Shown: positions 1 to 7,831 of the stretch, one piece after another | How the letters are laid out: each line of letters begins with the position of its first letter | How positions within the stretch are numbered: position 1 is the stretch's first letter | Assembly: GCA_016699955.1 (NCBI GenBank) | Contig: CP064993.1 | Location: 720,001 to 752,000 of the forward strand | Reading direction: 5' to 3' | DNA length: 32,000 nt | DNA from: Candidatus Saccharimonadota bacterium | Lineage (GTDB): Bacteria; Patescibacteriota; Saccharimonadia; Saccharimonadales; UBA4665 | The notes under the pieces: generated by a model | The model's input: the letters and a program-made list of their open reading frames with translations, nothing else | Database searches by the model: none | Told to the model about the DNA's origin: nothing | Program-made: the position numbers and the translations under genes

Positions 1-130
1 GTAGAGCTTTAAGCCTTATCATATCGACAGCCGAGCGGGGTTGAAATTAAGAGGGGTAGTTGTTTTTCTGATGACGGGGGAGTAATAGGGGTGATTTTTA
101 CTATGTTATCCTGCATAGCAAAACATAGAG

Positions 131-162
131 TTGACAAAACGGTTATGTCTTGCTAATATAAT
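131..162 (+). promoter_or_regulatory. sigma70-type promoter candidate
   Basis: TTGACA at 131-136. TAATAT at 154-159 gives a 17-bp spacer; TATAAT at 157-162 is the alternative. It lies 25 nt upstream of ATG 187. Confidence 0.45.
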
Positions 163-186
163 GTAGTTCTATAAGAAACAAACAAT

Positions 187-441
187 ATGTCAAAAACAAA
201 AAAGAAACAGAATTGGTTACAGATGCACCCGGTACATTTACATGTCGGAATGTATGTGGGTATAGCGGCGCTGCTCATCACTGCTATGAAAACGAGCGAG
301 GGGATGATAGCGGCTGTCTATTACAGCCCGGGTCACGGTAACGGGGAGGGCTTTAGCCATACCCATTTGCGGGAAGCAGAAACCCACATTGGTCATGCCC
401 AACTCAGCTTTGCTCGCCCCGCCCGCGTAAGTGGAACATAA
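187..441 (+). CDS. small hypothetical protein (84 aa, Lys-rich N-terminus, one hydrophobic segment, His-rich C-terminal half)
   Basis: ORF follows the promoter at 131-162. No Shine-Dalgarno and no motif I recognise. It could instead be a noncoding transcript. Confidence 0.3.
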   Translation: MSKTKKKQNWLQMHPVHLHVGMYVGIAALLITAMKTSEGMIAAVYYSPGHGNGEGFSHTHLREAETHIGHAQLSFARPARVSGT

Positions 442-451
442 ACTTGCCCTA

Positions 452-480
452 TTGACAAAAAACTATAAAACGTATATAAT
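452..480 (+). promoter_or_regulatory. perfect consensus sigma70 promoter (TTGACA-17 bp-TATAAT) driving a leaderless mRNA
   Basis: TTGACA at 452-457, exactly 17 nt of spacer, TATAAT at 475-480. ATG 487 begins 7 nt after the last base of the -10 element. Confidence 0.75.
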
Positions 481-486
481 CGTAAC

Positions 487-996
487 ATGACAAAGCCCCC
501 CCGGCATCTTAGACTTTTCTCCTCAAACGGTGAGAAAGTGTCGCCTAAATACCCTCCAGAACAGGCCGCTGCACCCTTGACACGCAAGCAAAAACTGTTA
601 CGTCGTTTATTGCCATTTGCCCTGTCTGCCGCCAGTGCAACAGGTGCCGCCATTGCAGTAGCTAGTCGTACGACAACAGCAGTCGTTGAACGTGGTGATT
701 CGTACACAGTTACACATGATAATAGGGGCAAAACGTGTATTGAAGGGCAACTTACCATTGGGCCAGGAGATCTCGTTAGTGACGCAGTTGTTTCTGCTTT
801 GGCCAAGGTTGGTCTCTCGCCAACGGATGCAAATGTTAATGCGGCAACACGTGACCAAGTTGCGTTGTACGGTTCTAATGGCAAACCTTTAAATCTGATG
901 GCAGGCACCCCTGGAGAGGTAACAGTTACGGGAATATGTAGTATCCCAGGACAAGGTCAAAGAACGCTTACTCTTGAACCCCCCAACAAGCAGTAG
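487..996 (+). CDS. hypothetical protein with N-terminal membrane anchor or signal-like segment (169 aa)
   Basis: ORF starts at the predicted transcription start. The hydrophobic stretch LLPFALSAASATGAAIAVA follows a basic N-terminus. No recognisable domain. Confidence 0.6.
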   Translation: MTKPPRHLRLFSSNGEKVSPKYPPEQAAAPLTRKQKLLRRLLPFALSAASATGAAIAVASRTTTAVVERGDSYTVTHDNRGKTCIEGQLTIGPGDLVSDAVVSALAKVGLSPTDANVNAATRDQVALYGSNGKPLNLMAGTPGEVTVTGICSIPGQGQRTLTLEPPNKQ

Positions 997-1060
997 CAAC
1001 GAACGTGTATTTTCTGTGGAGAAATGGTGTGGATAATACCACTATATTCACATTTGTGTA

Positions 1061-1101
1061 TTGCAGTGGGTGATAGTGGGTAGTAAACTGATGTCAGTGG
1101 G
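1061..1101 (+). promoter_or_regulatory. dcw-cluster promoter candidate with three GTGGG direct repeats (putative MraZ operator)
   Basis: TTGCAG at 1061-1066, 17-nt spacer, TAAACT at 1084-1089. GTGGG repeats start at 1066, 1076 and 1097, spaced 10 and 21 bp apart. They overlap the -35, the spacer and the start region. MraZ in E. coli is known to bind phased GTGGG-type repeats in its own promoter. Confidence 0.6.
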
Positions 1102-1194
1102 TAAAAGTAGGTAGCCCGCCAAAAAGCTCTCTCGAACTTTAGGCAGACAAACAAAAATAAAAAACTCACTGTAACTTAAAACAATACAATAGCC

Positions 1195-1563
1195 ATGACA
1201 CAGGTGGATTACTTCCAGCGCAAACTTGACGATAAACGGCGGTTAACCATACCGACCGAGCTTCGAGACATGTTTGCTAGCGGGGCAGTAATCACTCGTG
1301 GATTTGGGCAGTATCTGCACCTCTACCCGAAAGATGTCTGGAATAACCTTGTTGAACCAAGGTTGGCCGGCGACATCCTAGACGAGCGGATCGCAGACCT
1401 GAACGTGCAATTTCGTACGGGCAAGGTCGAGCAATCACTCGATGGCAAGCAGGGGCGGATAACCCTGGAACAGCACTTACTTGATTATGCGGGCATACAA
1501 AAAGGTGTCACCGCGGTAAGTGTAGGGAATTACTGGCGTTTATTAGCAGCCGAGCAGGCATAG
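1195..1563 (+). CDS. mraZ: transcriptional regulator MraZ
   Basis: 122 aa with two tandem half-domains, each carrying a DxxxR-type motif (LDDKRRLTIP and LDGKQGRITL). It is the first gene of the dcw cluster, upstream of rsmH. Confidence 0.85.
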   Translation: MTQVDYFQRKLDDKRRLTIPTELRDMFASGAVITRGFGQYLHLYPKDVWNNLVEPRLAGDILDERIADLNVQFRTGKVEQSLDGKQGRITLEQHLLDYAGIQKGVTAVSVGNYWRLLAAEQA

Positions 1564-1830
1564 TGTCCTGCAGGGCAATCATATAACCTTAACAACCTAG
1601 AGAAAGCATGAAACATTAATCACGAATTTTTGATTTTTGAATCATGCAAAAACGAATAGACCTAAAAACGGATACATGATTCTAAAATCATGATTCAATA
1701 TTCAATTTTTTAGGGTCACCTATTTGGCAGTCAACACGTGGACAACCCGAAGGCACCACGCTAAAAAACCTTAGTTCTTTCCATAAAACACCTCCCAAAA
1801 CTCCACCTCACACATAAGTCTCTCACTTAG

Positions 1831-1905
1831 TTTCCGGGAAGTAGGAAGCCTTACAAGATTTTTTAAATCTTACTAAACTTTTGCTTCCTTACATACGGAC
1901 CGGAA
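1831..1905 (+). other. 75-nt imperfect long hairpin inside the mraZ-rsmH spacer
   Basis: Outer stem TTTCCGG (1831-1837) pairs with CCGGAAA (1899-1905). Middle stem is GTAGGAAGC with GCTTCCTTAC (one bulge). Inner stem is AAGATTT (1855-1861) with AAATCTT (1865-1871), 3-nt loop. Confidence 0.4.
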
Positions 1906-2080
1906 ACACCACAAAAACAAAAACTACAAACAAAACAAAAAGTTGGCTGCTAAATAGGTGATAAACGCGCAAACATTTTCAATTAGAATTTGTTACGCAT
2001 TAAAAACAAAAACAAAGCTTAAATAAGCTGCGAAAATCACCAAAACAAATACAAACATAAAAAAAGACACGACATGCACT

Positions 2081-2953
2081 ATGTCACAAACCATACACAA
2101 GCCTGTACTGCTACCGGCAGTGCTCACGTACCTTGCACCAGTGGAGGGGGAAAATTACCTCGACCTGACGGCTGGCTACGGGGGGCACGCGACGGCGGTA
2201 CTGAAACACACCCACAAGCCGACGGGTTTGACGCTGGTCGATCGCGACGCGACTGCGATTACAGCGCTACAACCATTGGCAGACCAGGGTGCGCGGGTAT
2301 TGCATGCCAGTTTCGAAGAAATCTCGAAGTCGCTGCAGGAGCAGGGCGAGCATTTCGATATGATATTGGCGGACTTGGGTGTTTCGTCGTTGCACCTTGA
2401 CACGTCGTCACGTGGTTTTGCGTTTCGTTTGGATGGTCCGCTCGATATGCGGATGGATCAACGCGCAGAGCTTACGGCCGATACCATCGTCAATACGTAC
2501 CAGGTAGCTGAGCTAGAAGATATTTTGCGCCGTTATGGTGAAGAAAATCGTGCTCGGCGCGTGGCTCAAGCAATTGTTGCTCGTCGTCCCATTCGGACAA
2601 CAAGTGAGCTTGCTGAAGTGATTGCGGGTGCCCTTCCGAGGGGAAGCAAGCAGCATCCTGCGACACGTAGTTTCCAGGCAATTCGTATTGCAGTTAATGA
2701 TGAGCTCGGACAGCTGAAGCGCAGCATACCCATGTGGCTCGAACTATTACAGCCGGGGGGAAGACTTGCGGTCATTAGCTTTCACAGTCTTGAGGATCGA
2801 ATCATCAAGCAGGCTTTTGCAGACGTTGCAGGCGATCGTTATGACGCCGAGTATCGTTTACTCACAAAGCATCCAGTCGTGGCCGACGACACTGAATCAG
2901 TTACTAATCCGCGGGCACGAAGCGCAAAACTTCGAGCCTTGCAGCGAAAATAA
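2081..2953 (+). CDS. rsmH: 16S rRNA (cytosine1402-N4)-methyltransferase RsmH
   Basis: N-terminal HKPVLL motif, SAM-binding DLTAGYGGH, and SFHSLEDRIIK, all typical of RsmH/MraW. Canonical dcw position. Confidence 0.95.
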   Translation: MSQTIHKPVLLPAVLTYLAPVEGENYLDLTAGYGGHATAVLKHTHKPTGLTLVDRDATAITALQPLADQGARVLHASFEEISKSLQEQGEHFDMILADLGVSSLHLDTSSRGFAFRLDGPLDMRMDQRAELTADTIVNTYQVAELEDILRRYGEENRARRVAQAIVARRPIRTTSELAEVIAGALPRGSKQHPATRSFQAIRIAVNDELGQLKRSIPMWLELLQPGGRLAVISFHSLEDRIIKQAFADVAGDRYDAEYRLLTKHPVVADDTESVTNPRARSAKLRALQRK

Positions 2954-3046
2954 AAAAAGAAAGGGAACTCGATATGCCTATACGGGTAAAAAGTAGCTCC
3001 CGAGCCTACAAAGTCCACGTCAAAGTGGGTCACTAAGGCCGAGGCT

Positions 3047-3072
3047 GCTGGCGGAGCATTTGCTCCGCCAGC
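3047..3072 (+). other. perfect 11-bp stem / 4-nt loop hairpin between rsmH and ftsL-like gene
   Basis: GCTGGCGGAGC-ATTT-GCTCCGCCAGC read directly. There is no adjacent T-tract; the nearest (TTTTTT) is about 25 nt downstream. Confidence 0.4.
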
Positions 3073-3122
3073 ACCAATCACTACAAGGCATTTTTTGTAA
3101 AAAAGGAAACAAAAACAAACAT

Positions 3123-3467
3123 ATGACTTATTCATCAAGTATGGCGCTTGGTCGTCAACAGCTCGCGGTTCGCGGGCATAATTCGGTGAGCTTTCGTCCG
3201 AAAGACAGACGGCTAGGGCCTATTAGTAATACAATCGTGCTGATTGTTTTGGCATGTTTACTTGGGCTTTTATATCTAACGCAAGTTACAAAAACGAATG
3301 CCTACGGCTACACAATTAATAATTTGCAACACGAACATGCTGCACTACAAAGTGAACGCGACGACTTGGCTGCAACATCAGCACGTTTGCAGTCACTGGC
3401 CACAGTAAAACAAACTGCTGAAGCCAAAAAGCTCGTGGCAGTGGCTCCAAGCGGCAGTGTTCGGTAG
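3123..3467 (+). CDS. ftsL: FtsL-like cell division protein (single TM plus coiled coil)
   Basis: The ATG at 3123 gives 114 aa. One TM helix (IVLIVLACLLGLLYL) is followed by a heptad-like region. It sits between rsmH and ftsI, where ftsL normally lies. The ORF-track start at 3060 falls inside the hairpin. Confidence 0.55.
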   Translation: MTYSSSMALGRQQLAVRGHNSVSFRPKDRRLGPISNTIVLIVLACLLGLLYLTQVTKTNAYGYTINNLQHEHAALQSERDDLAATSARLQSLATVKQTAEAKKLVAVAPSGSVR

Positions 3468-3487
3468 ATTTTTAGTCAAGTACCTTC

Positions 3488-5266
3488 ATGAAACCAACTC
3501 ACAGCAAACAGACTGACCCCGTTCTGCGCACCAGGTTATGGTATGCGCTAATTGTCGTTGTTTTCGGGGTCTTTGCCGTGAGATTATTTTATACTCAGGT
3601 CATTCGGTATGACCACTATAAGTCGCTTGCTTTGAGCGACCAAACTCGTGAGTACGATGTCCTGCCGGAACGAGGGACCATTTATGCACAGCTGAACGGA
3701 GAAACAATACCGCTTGTTCTAAATCAGAAACTGTTTACGGTGTTTGCTGACCCTAGTATTATAAAAAATCATGCAAAAACCGCTGCGACTATCGCTCCCA
3801 TGCTGGGACTAGATGCTCGTGAGGTCGAAGCAAAGCTTCAAAGTAAAAATACAAGCTATGTTGTGCTAAAACGTCGGGTGGCACCAGATGATAACAAAAA
3901 ATTATTGGCGTTGAAATATCCGGGTATTGCATCGCAGCAGATGAATTACCGAGTGTACCCGCAAGGAACCATGGCTGGCCAGCTGCTTGGTTTTGTCAAT
4001 AATGATGGCGAAGGTAAGTACGGCGTTGAAGAGGCACTTGACGAAACGCTTGCAGGCACACGAGGCCGCCTGAAGGCCATTACCGATGTGAACGGTGTTC
4101 CACTTGCTGCCAGCAGCGAAAACCTGCTTGTTGAGCCCGTGGCAGGGCAGAATGTGACACTGACGCTCGATATGGGCATGCAGGCACAGGTAGAGTCGAT
4201 TGTTAAGGCAGCTCAGGAAAAGTTTCGATCAAAAAATGTCAGTGCAGTTGTGATGGAAACAAACACCGGCGCTGTAAAAGCAATGGCGAACTATCCGACC
4301 TATAATCCAGCAGATTACCAAACAGTTGAAGATGGTGCTTTGTTTCAAAACTATAGCGTTGCCAGCCCCATAGAACCCGGCTCGATAACCAAGGTTTTCA
4401 CAGTTGCGGCAGCGTTAGACAGCGGTGCAATTACGAAAAATACTTCCTATTATGACCCTGGCAAGTGGACGATTGACGGCGCAAAAGTGCTCAATGTCGC
4501 AGAGGGGACTGGCAACGGGACACAGACGATTAAAAGTCTTTTGAATTTGTCCCTTAACACCGGTGCAACATGGACGCTGATGCAGATGGGCGGTGGAAAG
4601 TTGAATGATACCGGACGAGCGAAGCTTTATAAGTATTTTGTCGATCATTTTCGGTTTATGAAGCCAACCGGTATTGAGCAGGGCTACGAGGGAGCGGGCT
4701 TTGTGCCTGACCCAGTGGACAAAGATAACGGTATAAATATAACTTACGCAAATATGTCTTTTGGCCAGGCATATTCAGCTTCCGTACTGCAAATGGCGAG
4801 TGCACTCGGAGCCGTGGTAAATGGTGGCACATACTACCAACCGACCCTGATCTCCTCAACCGTGAGCGGGGCGGGGGATGTGGTGCAAAAAAAGCCGGTC
4901 GTGCTGTCTCGTGATGTTGTGTCTGCACAAACCAGTAAGAGCATGGTTGAACTGCTCGACTATGTTACCGAAGCACACACGGCAGGTTTTCCGTACATGC
5001 GCTTTGACAGTCGTTATAGTGTGGGAGGTAAAACTGGCACGGCACAGATTATTGACGAAAAGACGCATCTTTACCGAGAAGATGTGTTTAACGGAACATT
5101 TTTAGGTTATGTCGGTGGAGATACGCCCCAGTACACCATAGTTGTCTACAACATAGAGCCACACGGTTATTCTGGCTATGCGGGGGCGCAAACTGGGCAA
5201 CCAATTTTTGCTGAGATTGCTCATATGCTTATAAATAACTATGACGTAACTCCGAAAACAAAGTAA
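3488..5266 (+). CDS. ftsI: penicillin-binding protein transpeptidase (FtsI/PBP2 class B)
   Basis: N-terminal TM anchor. Motifs SxxK (GSITK), SxN (SLN) and KTG (GKTGTA) appear in the correct order. Confidence 0.93.
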   Translation: MKPTHSKQTDPVLRTRLWYALIVVVFGVFAVRLFYTQVIRYDHYKSLALSDQTREYDVLPERGTIYAQLNGETIPLVLNQKLFTVFADPSIIKNHAKTAATIAPMLGLDAREVEAKLQSKNTSYVVLKRRVAPDDNKKLLALKYPGIASQQMNYRVYPQGTMAGQLLGFVNNDGEGKYGVEEALDETLAGTRGRLKAITDVNGVPLAASSENLLVEPVAGQNVTLTLDMGMQAQVESIVKAAQEKFRSKNVSAVVMETNTGAVKAMANYPTYNPADYQTVEDGALFQNYSVASPIEPGSITKVFTVAAALDSGAITKNTSYYDPGKWTIDGAKVLNVAEGTGNGTQTIKSLLNLSLNTGATWTLMQMGGGKLNDTGRAKLYKYFVDHFRFMKPTGIEQGYEGAGFVPDPVDKDNGINITYANMSFGQAYSASVLQMASALGAVVNGGTYYQPTLISSTVSGAGDVVQKKPVVLSRDVVSAQTSKSMVELLDYVTEAHTAGFPYMRFDSRYSVGGKTGTAQIIDEKTHLYREDVFNGTFLGYVGGDTPQYTIVVYNIEPHGYSGYAGAQTGQPIFAEIAHMLINNYDVTPKTK

Positions 5267-5328
5267 GGTGACCCGAGGAAGACAATGCGCTATACTACAC
5301 GACAGATTTCAGGAAAAGGAAAAACAAT

Positions 5329-6378
5329 ATGAATGACCAGTTACTTACGGCGACGCTTGAAGGCTCCAGTTTATTGAAAATTGTCTTACTTGGCGTGGGG
5401 GGTTTCTTGCTTTCAATGGCATTGACTCCTCTCTACACGACCGTTGCGTATCGCTGGCATCTCTGGAAAAAACCTCGTACCCAAACAGTGACAGGCACGC
5501 AAGCTACAGTGTTTATGAAGTTGCACGGGGAGAAGCACAAGCGGCATATTCCAACCATGGCAGGCGTTATTTTTATAACAGCTGTAGCTATTTTGACGTT
5601 GAGTGCCAACTGGTCAAGAGCGGAAACGTGGTTGCCGCTGGCAGCATTTGTCGGCGCCGCGGCTGTTGGGCTTTTGGACGACATTATCAATTTGCGGGGA
5701 GATGGAACCGGCAAAGCTGGGTTACCGTCAAAACTGAAGTTTCTTTTAATAACGCTGGTGGCTGCGGTGGCGGGCTGGTATTTTTACTATAAACTTGGGT
5801 TTAACAGCATACAGTTGCCAGGTCTTGAGCATTCATTGGTGCTCGGGTGGTGGATTATACCGCTTTTTACCCTTGTAGTTGTAGCAACGGCAAATGCGGT
5901 GAATATCAGTGATGGGCTTGATGGTTTGGCTGGAGGGTTAACAACTATTGCATTTGCAACCTATACCGTTATTGCCGTGCTTGAAGGCAAGTACGGTGTC
6001 GCCGGTTTTTGCGCGGCCATGGTAGGAGCGCTCATGAGCTACACCTGGTTTAATGTGTTCCCAGCACGATTTTTTATGGGTGACGTTGGATCTTTTGCGC
6101 TCGGTACAGCCCTGGGCGTGATAGCCATGTACACAGATACTGTGCTACTTCTTCCAATTATTGGGTTTGTATTTGTGGCTGAGGCGGGTTCTGTGATTTT
6201 GCAAATTGCGTCTAAAAAGCTACGGAATGGTAAAAAAATATTTCGTATTTCACCCATCCATCACCATTTCGAGGCGATTGGTTGGCCTGAAGCAAAAGTA
6301 ACCATGCGCTTCTGGGTGATTGGCCAGACCGCTGCGTTAGTTGGACTCGCACTTTTCGTAATGGGTCGATACGGCTAG
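5329..6378 (+). CDS. mraY: phospho-N-acetylmuramoyl-pentapeptide transferase MraY
   Basis: Polytopic membrane protein with NAVNISDGLDGLA and the PIHHHFE motif. Confidence 0.95.
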   Translation: MNDQLLTATLEGSSLLKIVLLGVGGFLLSMALTPLYTTVAYRWHLWKKPRTQTVTGTQATVFMKLHGEKHKRHIPTMAGVIFITAVAILTLSANWSRAETWLPLAAFVGAAAVGLLDDIINLRGDGTGKAGLPSKLKFLLITLVAAVAGWYFYYKLGFNSIQLPGLEHSLVLGWWIIPLFTLVVVATANAVNISDGLDGLAGGLTTIAFATYTVIAVLEGKYGVAGFCAAMVGALMSYTWFNVFPARFFMGDVGSFALGTALGVIAMYTDTVLLLPIIGFVFVAEAGSVILQIASKKLRNGKKIFRISPIHHHFEAIGWPEAKVTMRFWVIGQTAALVGLALFVMGRYG

Positions 6379-6580
6379 AACCTAAGCAATACCACAAGTA
6401 AAAAAGAAAAAATGAACATACACAAACAAACTAACTCCCATAGAACACTCACGGCTCGCTTTGCTGTACTCGACTTACGAAAGAACTCCATCGTCTCAAA
6501 CTCACCAGGAGTACCTATAAGTCACTTTTACCAGGGAGACGATGCGGTGCTGCGTTTGGTTGCCGTGCATTGGAGTAGAG

Positions 6581-7831
6581 ATGTCTGAATATTATGCCCA
6601 GCGACAAAGAAACAGCCGACCAACAGAGGTGCTTCGAAAGCACCGGCCTGACTACTGGCTCCTTGTGATTGTGGCGTTTTTGTTGGCAGTTGGACTGATT
6701 GTGGTATATTCGATTAGTCCGGCGCTTTCCGAGCTTCGTGGCGGAAATTATGTTGTGCACCAGGTTGTTGCGATTCTGCTTAGTATTGTTGCTTTTTTTG
6801 TGACTGCTCGAACTCCACTTGCAAAGTGGGAAAAATGGCGTTGGTGGCTGCTAGCGGGTGCCGCGCTCGGTACCTTGGTTGCCCTGATTACACCAGCGAT
6901 ACCCGCGTACCCACAACATCGCTGGATTCGTTTTGGTAGTTTCTCGCTACAATCTGTCGAAGTACTCAAGTTTGCCTTGCTGATTGCGCTCAGCGGTTTT
7001 TTGACCGCACGGATACGCGAGGGAAATATTGGCGATTACAGAAAGACGCTTAAGCCGCTTGTCCTTGTACTTGGCGTGATAGGGTTTATTGTGGCGTTTG
7101 TACAGAGTGATTTAGGATCTGCCGGAGTAATTGTGGCAATGGCAACCATAATGGCGTTTGTTGCGGGTATGCCTATGCGCCGGATAATGACAATCGGTTT
7201 GGTAGTTGCGTTTGGAACCATGCTGGCAGTTTCCTCAACGCCTTACCGAAGAGAACGTCTCAACACATATTTACACCCTGAAGCAAACTGCTCGACAGAG
7301 GCGGGACATCAGGCATGCCAAGCTTTGATTGCCGTTGGTTCCGGTGGGTTAGTTGGCCTAGGACTTGGTAAGAGCGTTCAAGCGTATGGCTACTTGCCAG
7401 AAGCCCAAAATGACTCGATTTTTGCGATATATGCAGAAAAGTTCGGTTTTGTCGGGTCAATGGTGCTACTTGCGTTGTTTGTAACACTGTTTGCTCGGCT
7501 GAGGCTAATTATTGAACGGGCGCCCGACATGTTTAGCAGATTGGTTGTTGTCGGGGTGCTTGCGTGGCTGAGCACGCAGGCAATTATCAATATTGGTGCT
7601 ATGATAGGACTATTGCCCCTAAAGGGCATTACTTTGCCACTGATAAGCTACGGCGGTACAAGCGTTCTGTTCGTAGGCGCAGCGCTTGGGCTTGTTTATC
7701 AGGTTTCACACTACACAAGTTTTAACACACGGCGCGCCATGGGTAGCCAGCAAAGGGATAGACATGAACATAGTATTGACAGGCGGCGGTTCGGGGGGGC
7801 ATATCACCCCGGTTCTAGCAGTCGCCCATGA
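6581..7831 (+). CDS. ftsW: SEDS-family peptidoglycan glycosyltransferase FtsW
   Basis: Multi-TM protein with SEDS signatures (SDLGSA, PEAQNDSIFA, LPLISYGGTS). The start at 6581 is preceded by GGAG. The 3' end overlaps murG by 68 nt. Confidence 0.9.
   Translation: MSEYYAQRQRNSRPTEVLRKHRPDYWLLVIVAFLLAVGLIVVYSISPALSELRGGNYVVHQVVAILLSIVAFFVTARTPLAKWEKWRWWLLAGAALGTLVALITPAIPAYPQHRWIRFGSFSLQSVEVLKFALLIALSGFLTARIREGNIGDYRKTLKPLVLVLGVIGFIVAFVQSDLGSAGVIVAMATIMAFVAGMPMRRIMTIGLVVAFGTMLAVSSTPYRRERLNTYLHPEANCSTEAGHQACQALIAVGSGGLVGLGLGKSVQAYGYLPEAQNDSIFAIYAEKFGFVGSMVLLALFVTLFARLRLIIERAPDMFSRLVVVGVLAWLSTQAIINIGAMIGLLPLKGITLPLISYGGTSVLFVGAALGLVYQVSHYTSFNTRRAMGSQQRDRHEHSIDRRRFGGAYHPGSSSRP

Noticed and set aside
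393-908. 171-aa minus-strand ORF and other ORFs overlapping 487-996
   Set aside because: It is antisense to an ORF that has a perfect promoter at its start. It has no start context and low-complexity, Ala/Arg-rich content typical of an antisense frame.
6431-6445. Shared 11-12-mer AACAAACTAAC with 15899-15910
   Set aside because: Matches of this length are expected by chance among all position pairs in 32 kb of A/C-rich sequence.
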